Below are positions 8,451 through 18,356 of a stretch of DNA of 64,000 bases, one piece after another. The stretch is from NCBI GenBank assembly GCA_029249345.1, contig JAQWHM010000017.1:262456-326455 (forward strand). The letters are read 5' to 3'. The first letter of the stretch is position 1. Every line of letters begins with the position of its first letter. This DNA is from Rhodothermales bacterium (GTDB lineage Bacteria; Bacteroidota; Rhodothermia; Rhodothermales; UBA10348). The position numbers and the translations under genes are program-made. The notes beneath the pieces were generated by a model. The model saw nothing but the letters and a program-made list of their open reading frames with translations. It ran no database searches and was not told the origin of the DNA.

Positions 8451-9116
8451 ATGTCTGCTTATATAGTCCTAGAGGGCCTTATCGTGAGTCGAAGCCGCTT
8501 TTATTTATGTGTCACACTGCTTTTTTTGGGTGGTTTCATTTTTTCGGTATCTAACGCATTCTCCCAGTCGAGCGAGTTGGGTTCCATTTCAGGGGAAATT
8601 ACTCATCCCATAATGCGCAGATATATGGGGGCTGTCTTTATCGGCGAGATTGATGGGATTCAATTTAATGCTGATGAAAATCAACCGGTGATGGACCAAG
8701 TAAATTTGCGTTTTACGCCTCATGTCCTGCCGGTGCTGCAAGGCTCTACCGTCCAATTTCCAAACAGTGATGAGATTCGGCATCATGTGTATACGTCCAC
8801 TTCATCCGTATGCCAATTTGAATTAGGTGTTTACGAAGCAGGTATCGTCAAGGAGCAGAAGTGTGACACTCCGGGACTGATCACACTACTGTGCAATGTT
8901 CATGCGGAAATGAAAGGGTTTATTGTTGTTTCTCCCACTCCACACTTCTCCACGACCGATAGGAACGGCAGCTTCAGAATAGAAGCAGTGCCTGAGGGCA
9001 CGTACACACTTCATTTTGAGCATGAGCGCTTAATGGTTGACCCCATCACCGTACACGTTATTCCTGATCAGGAAACGGAAGTAGATTTTGGTAAGCCTCG
9101 GCGCAGAAAACCATAA
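8451..9116 (+). CDS. secreted cupredoxin-like domain + carboxypeptidase-regulatory-like (Ig-like) domain protein
   Basis: Signal/TM segment, then FPNSDEIRHHVY...LLCNVHAEMKGFIVV (His, Cys-x2-His-x2-Met type-1 Cu ligand pattern). C-terminal TDRNGSFRIEAVPEGTYTLHF is a CarboxypepD_reg-like motif. Start at ATG 8451; TTG 8430 is also possible. Confidence 0.6.
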   Translation: MSAYIVLEGLIVSRSRFYLCVTLLFLGGFIFSVSNAFSQSSELGSISGEITHPIMRRYMGAVFIGEIDGIQFNADENQPVMDQVNLRFTPHVLPVLQGSTVQFPNSDEIRHHVYTSTSSVCQFELGVYEAGIVKEQKCDTPGLITLLCNVHAEMKGFIVVSPTPHFSTTDRNGSFRIEAVPEGTYTLHFEHERLMVDPITVHVIPDQETEVDFGKPRRRKP

Positions 9117-9243
9117 TCTTTCTTTGTCCTTGCAGTAGCCTTCTCCCATTCTGATATTCCTTTCGAACCAATCAAATGGATCGTGGCCAAACTATAGCGG
9201 TCATTGAAGCCCACTGCAACCATATAAAGTCGAGATTTTCTAC

Positions 9244-10716
9244 ATGAGACATTCCCTGATTATTCTGTTCATCGGAATGCTGTTCGCAGGATGTGCGACG
9301 GAAACCGAGCAGCCTAATATCATTTACATCCTCGCTGATGATCTCGGATACAAGGAGTTAGGCTCCTACGGTCAAGAAATAATCCGCACACCGCATCTGG
9401 ACCAGCTGGCCGACGAAGGAATGCGTTTTACCCAGCATTATTCGGGTAGTCCGGTTTGTGCACCCTCCAGAGGCACCCTACTTACGGGCAAGCACACTGG
9501 TAACGCGTATGTGAGGGACAATCTAGAAATGGGAGGATGGGGTCCTGACGAGCCTGAAGGACAACTGCCCCTGCTTGATGCAGAGTTTACCATTGCGGAA
9601 ATGCTGAAACCCATGGGCTATGCCACAGGATTTATCGGGAAATGGGGTCTGGGCGGACCGGATTCCGAAGGCCATCCCAATAATCAGGGCTTTGATCAGT
9701 TTTATGGTTACTTGTGTCAACGAGTCGCTCACAACTACTACCCGACCCATTTATGGCAAAATGGAGAGCCAGACAGTTTGGTTGGACACGCGTATTTCGC
9801 CGCCCACCAAAAAATTGATGAGTCCTTAGATACGATCGAGGAATACTACGATCGATTTGCAGCCGAGCACTATGCACCAGATCTCATGCTAGAGTCGGCT
9901 CTAGACTTCGTAGATGCCAACAAGGATAATCCCTTCTTCCTCGTATTCGCCACACCAGTGCCCCACCTAGCACTTCAGGTTCCTCTTGAATCGCTAAACG
10001 AATATCCGGACTCAATGGACACCGAACATTTCCTTGGTGGCTCCTATCTCCCCCACCCGCGCCCTCATGCAGCATATGCGGCCATGATTACTCGCATGGA
10101 CCGGGATATCGGTACACTTCTTTCCCGCCTAGAAGAACTGGGACTGGACGACAATACCGTTGTAATGTTTAGCTCAGATAACGGCACGACCTATTCCAGA
10201 GGTGTGGATGCGTCATACTTCAATAGTGTAGGCACGCTACGCGGACTAAAAGGATCGGTCTTTGAGGGTGGTGTGCGTGTGCCCATGATTGCCAAATGGC
10301 CAGGTAAGATCAAAGCCGGATCCACAACCGATCATGTCTCTGCGTTCTGGGACGTAATGCCCACGATTGCTGCTATTACAGGAGCTGAAGCACCGTCTGC
10401 GATAGATGGAACCTCATTCTTGCCCGCCCTGCAAGGTGAAAATCAAGAACCTGGAGAGCCTCTTTATTGGGAATACCATGCCTTCGGAGGCATGCAGGGA
10501 GTTCGGATGGGAGATTGGAAGGGGGTCAGACTCGAAATTCGCAGGCAAGATGACGCGCCATTGCAGCTCTTTAATTTGGCGATCGATGAAGATGAAACAA
10601 CGGATGTCGCTGACCAACACCCCGAAATCGTACGTGAAATCAGGGCAATCATGGACAGTCGACAAACGTCGGAAATAGAAAGCTGGAATTTTGCGAGGAA
10701 CGCCAAGTATCAGTGA
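9244..10716 (+). CDS. arylsulfatase family lipoprotein (formylglycine-dependent sulfatase)
   Basis: Lipobox LFAGC; NIIYILADDLGY; sulfatase signature SPVCAPSRGTLLTGK (C-x-P-x-R); SSDNG. Confidence 0.9.
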   Translation: MRHSLIILFIGMLFAGCATETEQPNIIYILADDLGYKELGSYGQEIIRTPHLDQLADEGMRFTQHYSGSPVCAPSRGTLLTGKHTGNAYVRDNLEMGGWGPDEPEGQLPLLDAEFTIAEMLKPMGYATGFIGKWGLGGPDSEGHPNNQGFDQFYGYLCQRVAHNYYPTHLWQNGEPDSLVGHAYFAAHQKIDESLDTIEEYYDRFAAEHYAPDLMLESALDFVDANKDNPFFLVFATPVPHLALQVPLESLNEYPDSMDTEHFLGGSYLPHPRPHAAYAAMITRMDRDIGTLLSRLEELGLDDNTVVMFSSDNGTTYSRGVDASYFNSVGTLRGLKGSVFEGGVRVPMIAKWPGKIKAGSTTDHVSAFWDVMPTIAAITGAEAPSAIDGTSFLPALQGENQEPGEPLYWEYHAFGGMQGVRMGDWKGVRLEIRRQDDAPLQLFNLAIDEDETTDVADQHPEIVREIRAIMDSRQTSEIESWNFARNAKYQ

Positions 10717-11960
10717 GCCAGTTGAACAGGCTGAACCCAAGCACTTTCCGGCTCTCCTTCATAGTTGGGATTGCCCGTCGGCTTCGATGAGGTGACTCGT
10801 GCTCGGACGTATAGTTCGTCTCCAGTAAGGGTGTACGTGGCTGTAGTGCCCGAGGTGGTTTGTAATAAACGGCCAACCGCATCACTGTACCTCCAACCAA
10901 CCTGCTCTCCCGTTTCGGGATGCACTACAGCAGTAGGTGCAGGATCATGCTCAGCAAGGGTTCCAAAGTATTCGATTGTATACAAAACGCCCTCTTCTTC
11001 CTGAACTTCAATTACCAGTTGATCGGCCTCGAAGGTAACCTCTCGCAATGACACGCCTGATGATGCGTAAAAGGCACCAGCTTCCATTTGACCGATGAGG
11101 GCTTCTGGATTGAGCTCGTTCGATTTGACCATAACCCATCCTCGTCCCACATTGGCTTTATTCATAGCCTGTTCCTGATAATGATGCGCATCGTCAGTTG
11201 CGATACCGAACATCATCTCTCTTCCGTCCCGAATGCGCAACGTGTTTACTACGTCCCACATTTTTTCCATTCCCATTCGCAGTGAGTCTCCCAGGTTATT
11301 GACCGATGGATGCCCATTGTACACTTCGAAAAACTGTTCGCCATCGACAAGCGCCAATTCCTCAGCCTGAATGCCCCAGCCAAAATTAGGATGATTAATG
11401 TGGGGCATAACAACGGCCCCTAAGCGTGCCTTCTGTTCCAAAATGGCGTCCAGATTGTTCTGCATAACCTCAACCACACTTCCTCCACCCCGTGGCTGGA
11501 CATACTCCATAATATTCGTGGCGTTAATATGGACAGGTCGGTTGCCAAAACGATCGGTAACTTCTTCGGCGTGAACCAGCAAGAACTCTCCCTTCTGGCC
11601 CATACGAGAAGCATACTCCTCGAAGGTTTTCAGCCGAACGTGAATGGTGTCCTGTTCAATTCGGTATTCCACCCAATCTGGACCAAACGCGGTTAAATAC
11701 GCTTCGAATGTGGCCTCTCGAGCATGCCCCACGGGAATCTTGAGCCATCTTTGGGAGTCAGCCATCGTGTTATGGTCCGAAATGGCCAGGAAATCGTATC
11801 CATTTTCACGATACCAACTAGCAATCGCTTCAGGAAAATCATCACCGTCGCTCCAAAACGAATGAGTATGCAAATTGCCTTTTTGCCAGATCACTTCTTC
11901 CGGTTGGCAACCGACGAGTACGAAAAGGCCAATAATGAATACAGAGACGAGCTTTGACAT
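10710..11960 (-). CDS. PHP-domain metal-dependent phosphoesterase-like lipoprotein
   Basis: Lipobox LVGC; GNLHTHSFWSDGDDFPE and ISDHN / ATDDAHH His-rich metal motifs typical of the PHP fold. Confidence 0.7.
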   Translation of the reverse strand: MSKLVSVFIIGLFVLVGCQPEEVIWQKGNLHTHSFWSDGDDFPEAIASWYRENGYDFLAISDHNTMADSQRWLKIPVGHAREATFEAYLTAFGPDWVEYRIEQDTIHVRLKTFEEYASRMGQKGEFLLVHAEEVTDRFGNRPVHINATNIMEYVQPRGGGSVVEVMQNNLDAILEQKARLGAVVMPHINHPNFGWGIQAEELALVDGEQFFEVYNGHPSVNNLGDSLRMGMEKMWDVVNTLRIRDGREMMFGIATDDAHHYQEQAMNKANVGRGWVMVKSNELNPEALIGQMEAGAFYASSGVSLREVTFEADQLVIEVQEEEGVLYTIEYFGTLAEHDPAPTAVVHPETGEQVGWRYSDAVGRLLQTTSGTTATYTLTGDELYVRARVTSSKPTGNPNYEGEPESAWVQPVQLAH

Positions 11961-11964
11961 GAGA

Positions 11965-12561
11965 TCAGGATTGGTTTCCGTTAAGAAGGATGTTCAAAGA
12001 GTCCCGACCATGGTTAAAGAGAAGATCAAGACTACTCATTCCGGTAAAAAAGCCTTTAAAATTCTGCCTATACACGGGGTGATGATACAATTCCGAGGCG
12101 CAATGCGTGACGTCCACCTCATGGGAGTCAGATAAGATGTGCATTGACGAGGCAATACCCAAGACCTTGTGCGTCCACTTCATGGATGCGATCGTTAGCT
12201 CAGCCAACGATTCACTAGGGCTATCAATCAACTCAGTTAGATCATCAATGTAATATTCATAGTACGGAGAGGTAGAATAATTATACCTCAGTCCCTTTAA
12301 GTGACGCTTTCTCCATCCGGGATTAGCTTCCAGCAATACATTTCGAACAGGTGTACCAAGGGAAAGCTTTTGCAACGGAATCGTGAGCCATTGCCATCCA
12401 TCCGGATTTCGAACCCGGCAACGATTTTCAAATGATTGCCGACTGTATTGCTTTAGATCGTTGATCCTGCAAATTGGTGATGAAGCGATTCGCCACATGG
12501 TTTCGAGTCCAGGAAAGTATTCCGGGGACAAAATTAGGTCGGCATCTGTCGAAGTGCTCAA
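11965..12561 (-). CDS. WbqC-like family protein
   Basis: YFPGLETMWRIASSPICRINDLKQYSRQSFENRCRVRNPDGWQWLTIPL matches my recollection of the WbqC-like family pattern. Confidence 0.6.
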   Translation of the reverse strand: MSTSTDADLILSPEYFPGLETMWRIASSPICRINDLKQYSRQSFENRCRVRNPDGWQWLTIPLQKLSLGTPVRNVLLEANPGWRKRHLKGLRYNYSTSPYYEYYIDDLTELIDSPSESLAELTIASMKWTHKVLGIASSMHILSDSHEVDVTHCASELYHHPVYRQNFKGFFTGMSSLDLLFNHGRDSLNILLNGNQS

Positions 12562-12644
12562 GTCGTCTAAACCAATGGTCGGAGTAGTGGGTACGAATGA
12601 TCTATATTAGGTCATTATCCACCTTCAAACCAGCCTTCTGCCCT

Positions 12645-13577
12645 ATGCTCAACAAGGCTCCCGCTCTTTCGCCCCCAACGAGGGTTGGCATCGTTGCTCC
12701 GGCATCTTCTCCCAAAGATGCTCAAGCCTTTAAATCAGGACTTTCGAACTTGGAAGCAGCGGGATTTTTGCCGGTCCTGAGACGAAACGAGTACACTGAA
12801 AATGGATACCTGGCCGGCACCGACTCGGAACGTCTGTCAGAGTTCAATGCCTTTCTAAAAGATGATAGTGTGGATGCGCTCATTGCGGTGCGCGGCGGAT
12901 ATGGATCCCTACGGCTGCTGGACGACATTGATTATGAAGCAGCGCGAAGGTTGCCCAAACTCTTAGTTGGGTATTCAGATATCACCGCGCTGCAGCTCGC
13001 GTTGTACAAACACGCAGGCTGGGTTGGCGTGTCTGGACCTATGGTTGCCGTAGAGTGGCCAGATCCTAAAGCATCTAATTGTGATCAGTTTATGGCCTTG
13101 GCCTCTGGAGCTTTGGTTGACCAACCGCTCGATGGCCATCACTCGCTCGTTCCCTTACGCCAAGGACGAGCAATTGGCCCGCTCTTGGGGGGCAATCTGT
13201 CGTTAATAGCAAAACTTTTAGGTACGGCACACATGCCCGACCTTAAAGGAGCTATCCTCTTTCTAGAAGATATTGGAGAATCCCCCTATCAGGTTGACGG
13301 ACTAGTTGCTAGTCTGAAGCTAGCTGGCGTGTTATCCACACTTTCGGGGATTGTACTAGGTGGCTTTACTGAGGGCGATGCTGAGCAAGGCAAGCCATCA
13401 TTGACACTGAAGGATGTTTTTGAACACTATTTCGCACCGCTGGGAATCCCCGTTGCTATGGGGTTGAGATATGGTCATTTTGCTCAAAAAGCTGCGATTC
13501 CAATAGGTGTTCAAGCGGAATTGCTTTGTGAATCGAAAACCGGACAACTCATCCTCAGAGAATCCCCTGTTCGGTAG
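12645..13577 (+). CDS. ldcA: LD-carboxypeptidase (peptidase S66, LdcA/MccF-like)
   Basis: VGIVAPASS, RGGYGS and GYSDITAL (Ser nucleophile context); C-terminal His region GLRYGHF. ATG at 12645 preferred over 12597. Confidence 0.85.
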   Translation: MLNKAPALSPPTRVGIVAPASSPKDAQAFKSGLSNLEAAGFLPVLRRNEYTENGYLAGTDSERLSEFNAFLKDDSVDALIAVRGGYGSLRLLDDIDYEAARRLPKLLVGYSDITALQLALYKHAGWVGVSGPMVAVEWPDPKASNCDQFMALASGALVDQPLDGHHSLVPLRQGRAIGPLLGGNLSLIAKLLGTAHMPDLKGAILFLEDIGESPYQVDGLVASLKLAGVLSTLSGIVLGGFTEGDAEQGKPSLTLKDVFEHYFAPLGIPVAMGLRYGHFAQKAAIPIGVQAELLCESKTGQLILRESPVR

Positions 13578-13673
13578 CTGCATATTCATCTCCTCTTTTC
13601 GGATGCTCACCACTTCCATCCTTACGTTGTACGTGTTCCGAGTTCTTCTGCACACCGCACCTTTTCTAGCCTC

Positions 13674-14285
13674 ATGCGCATAGCAGTTTTTGCCTCTGGC
13701 GGCGGCTCCAATTTCCAGGCGATTCTCGACGCTTCTCGCTCGGGTGAATTGCAGGCTGATGTCGTTTTGTGTGTGGCCAGTAGACCTGAGGCTGGTGTTA
13801 TTTCGCGCGCGGAGAGAAACGACATCCCCGTTCACGTTCTAGGCGGATCGATCCAACAAGAATTAGGCAACCTCATCGAAGTCTTTGCAGCACATGAAGT
13901 TGACTTCATTGCTCTTGCTGGTTTCATGAAAATGATCCCCCTCGACCTCATTAGGGCATTTCCCAATCGCATCGTAAACATCCACCCTGCACTTTTACCC
14001 GCGTTTGGCGGAAAAGGCATGTATGGGAGCCATGTTCACGTCGCCGTGATTAAGAGCGGTGTGACTGAATCCGGTGCGTCGGTCCATCTTGTTGATGAAC
14101 ATTACGATACCGGACCCGTGGTTTTGCAAGAAACCGTACCGGTATTGAAGAACGATACGCCCGAAGCATTAGCTAGTCGCGTACTCGAAATTGAGCATCA
14201 ACTCTACCCCAAGGCCCTAAACCTCTTCGCAAAGGGGCATGTACACGTTCACGGCCGCACTATTTCTATACAGCGTTCTCGATAA
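13674..14285 (+). CDS. purN: phosphoribosylglycinamide formyltransferase
   Basis: [29 protein letters not shown] and [12 protein letters not shown] motifs. Confidence 0.93.
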   Translation: MRIAVFASGGGSNFQAILDASRSGELQADVVLCVASRPEAGVISRAERNDIPVHVLGGSIQQELGNLIEVFAAHEVDFIALAGFMKMIPLDLIRAFPNRIVNIHPALLPAFGGKGMYGSHVHVAVIKSGVTESGASVHLVDEHYDTGPVVLQETVPVLKNDTPEALASRVLEIEHQLYPKALNLFAKGHVHVHGRTISIQRSR

Positions 14286-14317
14286 AGCGATCTCACTTAA
14301 ACCATCTGAAACGATTC

Positions 14318-15892
14318 ATGATCAACGTTAAAGATCTTCCTGCACCTAACGACACCTATCCTATCCGACGTGCGCTTCTTTCCGTTTTTGATAAGACAGG
14401 AATTGTTGAATTAGCCCAGGCGCTGCATAATCATGGAGTAGAGTTAGTTTCCACAGGCGGGACATCTCGGGCACTCGAGCAAGCAGGCTTGCCTGTCGTA
14501 ACGGTTGAGTCGCTTTCCGGGTACCCAGAGATTTTGGATGGCAGAGTAAAAACGCTTCACCCTGCCATACATGGTGGATTACTCGCGCGAAGAACCGACC
14601 CCGAAGATCTAGCTCAGCTCAAGGAACAGGGCATTCAAGAAATCGATTTAGTGGTAGTCAATCTGTATCCTTTTGAAGAAGCCACTGCTGGAGATGATGT
14701 GACCGACGCTACCGCTATCGAAAATATTGATATTGGCGGTCCGACAATGCTCAGAGCTGCAGCCAAAAATTTCTTTTATGTGGGTGTGGCTTGTTCGCCG
14801 TCCGCATATCCTCAAATCGTTTCAGAACTTGACGCAACGGGTGGCTCGCTAACGCTCGCCACAAGGCGAAGCCTCGCCGCCGATGTTTTTCGTCAGACCG
14901 GTGCCTATGACACGGCCGTATCAGCTTATTTCGACGGTGCTGAAAATAGATTCTCTACATCTAAAGGGTTGCAACAAACCATGCGGTATGGTGAAAACCC
15001 TCACCAAAAAGCTGGATTATATGGCAATACAAACCCATTTTTTGAAGCACTGCATGGAAAAGCCTTGTCCTTCAACAATCTCCTCGACCTGAGTGCTGCT
15101 CTACATTTAATTGATGAGTTTGCCGAGGCTGGACCCACCGTGGCCATTCTCAAGCATACCAACCCTTGTGGCGTCGGTACAGCGACATCTCTCGAGGAAG
15201 CCTACCACAAAGCTTTTTCAACGGATCGGCAGTCGCCATTTGGTGGGATCGTAATCGTAAACCGCACACTGGACCTCGCTACTGCGCAAGCCATCGATAA
15301 AGTCTTCACCGAGATCATCATCGCCCCAGCCTACGAGGAGGGTGTCTTAGACTTCCTGATGCAGAAGAAAAACCGACGGTTAGTACGCACGCTTGCGCCG
15401 GCTGCGAGTGATGCTAGCAAAGATGTTCGATCCGTGGTTGGCGGATACCTCGTTCAAGATCGGGATCCTGCCCTCCCCTCGTTCGAAATACTCAAAAACG
15501 CCTGCACCGTAGTCACGAAGCGCCAACCAACTGAGCAAGAGTGGTTGGATCTAGATTTCGCATGGCGTGTGGCGAAAAACGTAAAGTCCAATGCCATCGT
15601 GTATGCCAAAGACGGTCAGACCATTGGTGTCGGTGCAGGGCAAATGAGTCGTATTGATGCTTCTGAAATCGCCGTCAGTAAGGGCGCCAAGTCCGAATTA
15701 GATTTCCAGGACTGTGTGGTCGCATCAGATGCCTTCTTCCCATTTGCAGATGGTCTTTTGGAAGCGGCGAACAACGGTGCAAAGGCAGCCATTCAGCCGG
15801 GAGGTTCTATCCGAGACGATGAAGTCATTGCCGCCGCGGATGAAAACGGAGTTGCTATGGTGTTTACCGGAAATCGACACTTCCGACACTAG
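14318..15892 (+). CDS. purH: bifunctional AICAR transformylase / IMP cyclohydrolase
   Basis: [35 protein letters not shown], and a C-terminal RHFRH ending. Confidence 0.96.
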   Translation: MINVKDLPAPNDTYPIRRALLSVFDKTGIVELAQALHNHGVELVSTGGTSRALEQAGLPVVTVESLSGYPEILDGRVKTLHPAIHGGLLARRTDPEDLAQLKEQGIQEIDLVVVNLYPFEEATAGDDVTDATAIENIDIGGPTMLRAAAKNFFYVGVACSPSAYPQIVSELDATGGSLTLATRRSLAADVFRQTGAYDTAVSAYFDGAENRFSTSKGLQQTMRYGENPHQKAGLYGNTNPFFEALHGKALSFNNLLDLSAALHLIDEFAEAGPTVAILKHTNPCGVGTATSLEEAYHKAFSTDRQSPFGGIVIVNRTLDLATAQAIDKVFTEIIIAPAYEEGVLDFLMQKKNRRLVRTLAPAASDASKDVRSVVGGYLVQDRDPALPSFEILKNACTVVTKRQPTEQEWLDLDFAWRVAKNVKSNAIVYAKDGQTIGVGAGQMSRIDASEIAVSKGAKSELDFQDCVVASDAFFPFADGLLEAANNGAKAAIQPGGSIRDDEVIAAADENGVAMVFTGNRHFRH

Positions 15893-15961
15893 TCCCCACA
15901 TTTCTGATGTGGAAATTCCTTTTCTTTCTACCTGACGGCATCTTCACCTGACTACTAACAA

Positions 15962-16777
15962 ATGAACCGGCTTTGGGAGCGGATTCGAGACTGGATTTTG
16001 CTGGGGGGCCTCCTCCTCATTTCGCTCGTCCTATTGCTGACGGCGAACGAATCCATGTTACGTGGCCTAAGGGCTCGCTCGCTCGAAATCACATCCGCTG
16101 TCGAGGGCGTCTTTTCTGGCCTGGGGCGCTATGTCCGAGCCCTCGAAGAAAACGAGACGCTGCGAACCCAGAACATCGAGTTATCCAACGATGTGGCCCT
16201 TATGCGTGCTGCACAGTCTGAAAATGCCCGTTTACAGTCTTTACTCGCCTTATCGGACTCCCTCGATTACGATTTAATTGCCGCCCGAGTTACGTCCAAG
16301 GACATTACAAAGGAGCGAAATGTGTTTGTCGTTGATGCAGGTCGAAGCAACGGGGTTGAGTTAGATATGTCGGTGATTGATTCCAGAGGCATTATCGGCA
16401 AAGTCATTTTGGTTTCTGAGAATTACTCTCAGGTAATGACCTATCTGAACGACGAGTTTTTTGCGCCCGTTCGTGTCCTACCATCTAATTCGGACGGTAT
16501 TATTCGTTGGGACGGGGGGCGATTTGATCGACTCATACTGGATTTCATCGTTCAGTCGGCAGCCATAAAGCCGGGAGATCCCGTTGTCACAAGCGGCCAG
16601 TCTGCTGTCTTTCAGTCCGGCTACCCGATTGGAATCGTCGACGAGGTTTTTGCTGAGCCTGGAACGAGTACTTGGACCATACATGTAACCCCAACAGCAG
16701 GATTAGACGACGCCTCGCACGTCTTCATTGTTAATGCAGCGCCAAATGTCGAATTACAATCATTGATTTCGCAATGA
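15962..16777 (+). CDS. mreC: rod shape-determining protein MreC
   Basis: N-terminal TM, coiled-coil (ENETLRTQNIELSNDV...ENARLQSLL), then beta-domains with GIIGKV and GYPIGIV motifs. Confidence 0.88.
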   Translation: MNRLWERIRDWILLGGLLLISLVLLLTANESMLRGLRARSLEITSAVEGVFSGLGRYVRALEENETLRTQNIELSNDVALMRAAQSENARLQSLLALSDSLDYDLIAARVTSKDITKERNVFVVDAGRSNGVELDMSVIDSRGIIGKVILVSENYSQVMTYLNDEFFAPVRVLPSNSDGIIRWDGGRFDRLILDFIVQSAAIKPGDPVVTSGQSAVFQSGYPIGIVDEVFAEPGTSTWTIHVTPTAGLDDASHVFIVNAAPNVELQSLISQ

Positions 16778-18270
16778 GCCGAAGACGCCTTCTACTCGTG
16801 CTTTTCGGGTTAGCCGAAATACTGAATTCTTCCTCCTCTTTCGCTCAAACGCGTACAGTGTCTGAGCTCCGCTCAAGCATCGACGAGGCAGTTGCATCAG
16901 CTAACCTGCCCAATGCATGGATAACCATAAACGTGCAGGATGCTACGACCGGAACGGCTTGGTATCAGAAGGATGTTGGACGCAGTTTCATTCCTGCGTC
17001 CAATACGAAGTTGTTTACCACGGCTGCCTCCCTGCATTTGTTGGGACCGGATTTCAGATATGAAACCTCCGTTTGGACCGATGGAGAAGTCTCTGGCGGA
17101 ATATTACATGGTAACCTGATCGTAAAAGGATCGGGCGACCCAGTCATTGGAGGTAGATTTAGCGATGGAGACTTGACGCATACCTTTCGGTCTTGGGCCG
17201 ATTCCTTGAAGGGTCTTGGCATTACTCGCATAACAGGCGACATCATTGGAGATGACGACTTTTTCGATGAAGATCCACTTGGGAGCGGCTGGCAAGCCAA
17301 CTACCTAAACGACTGGTATGCTGCAGAAATTGGCGCTTTGTCTTTCAACGATAACTGCGTAGACCTGACGCTTATCGCTCAGAAAGAAAATATGCCCACT
17401 TTGATAGAGTGGGCACCGTTCATGACTGATTTCATCCAGGTAGATAATGCAACGCGGACCGTGGAAGCTACGCTTGGCATTACAGAAGACTACACACGTA
17501 CTCCGGGATCGAATCACTTTGTGGTTAGCACGTTGGTACCTGAGGGCAGACGAGAAACAGAGTCATTAACTGTTCGCAACCCAACCCTCTTTTTCGTTCA
17601 TATCCTGCGTGATGTATTGATTCAGCAGGGCATTGCCGTATCAGGACTTCCGGTTGATATTGATAACCTGTCCGTAAAGCCTTCCTACCCGTCTTCTCCT
17701 CTTTTTTCAACGTTCTCTCCCCCGCTTTCTGAAATTGTATCTGTGATTAACAAACGGAGTCAAAATCTGTATGCCGAGCAACTTCTTCGAACTCTCGGAG
17801 CACACTTTCCTGCCGAAGGATTTGTACGTGGATCTGCGGCATCGGGATGGGCAAGCACCATGGACTTCTTCAGGTCTGCCGGACTGAACACAGAGCGTCT
17901 TCAGCTAGTAGACGGCTCCGGATTAGCTAGGCAAAACCTGGTTACCTCAACTATGGTCTCTCAGGTCCTCAGGTATATGTTCAATCATCCCAACGAGGAT
18001 ATCAAAAAAGGATTTCTAGATTCCCTGCCGGTTGGGGGCGTTGACGGATCGCTATCATCTCGCATGAAGGGCACGTCCGCTGAGGGCAATGTGAGAGCTA
18101 AGACGGGCACTATTGGAGCTGTTTCTGCACTAAGTGGATTCGTTTCCACAGCCGAAAGTACGCATTTGGTATTTTCTATTATGGTTAACCACTACACAGG
18201 ATCGAGCAAAAGTGTTCGAAACTTGCAAGATACCATTTCCACGATTCTGGCGTCTCACGGCTCCCATTGA
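16774..18270 (+). CDS. dacB: D-alanyl-D-alanine carboxypeptidase/endopeptidase (PBP4, peptidase S13)
   Basis: Signal peptide, SxxK motif in FIPASNTKLFTTAA, DGSGL, and KTGT in VRAKTGTIGAVSALSG. The start overlaps the mreC stop (ATGA). Confidence 0.9.
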   Translation: MSRRRLLLVLFGLAEILNSSSSFAQTRTVSELRSSIDEAVASANLPNAWITINVQDATTGTAWYQKDVGRSFIPASNTKLFTTAASLHLLGPDFRYETSVWTDGEVSGGILHGNLIVKGSGDPVIGGRFSDGDLTHTFRSWADSLKGLGITRITGDIIGDDDFFDEDPLGSGWQANYLNDWYAAEIGALSFNDNCVDLTLIAQKENMPTLIEWAPFMTDFIQVDNATRTVEATLGITEDYTRTPGSNHFVVSTLVPEGRRETESLTVRNPTLFFVHILRDVLIQQGIAVSGLPVDIDNLSVKPSYPSSPLFSTFSPPLSEIVSVINKRSQNLYAEQLLRTLGAHFPAEGFVRGSAASGWASTMDFFRSAGLNTERLQLVDGSGLARQNLVTSTMVSQVLRYMFNHPNEDIKKGFLDSLPVGGVDGSLSSRMKGTSAEGNVRAKTGTIGAVSALSGFVSTAESTHLVFSIMVNHYTGSSKSVRNLQDTISTILASHGSH

Positions 18271-18356
18271 CGCCTATTGTGGAACCCGATTTACTCGAAC
18301 GTGTAACCCATACGTTAAACTTCTTATTTGATAGATTGATTTAAGGAACAAGGATA

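Noticed and set aside
6783-9243. Genomic island integrated at the tRNA-Phe/tRNA-Asp pair, carrying the copper-related genes
   Set aside because: There is no integrase or transposase. I found no direct repeat of either tRNA 3' end downstream and no obvious compositional break by eye. This was not computed rigorously.
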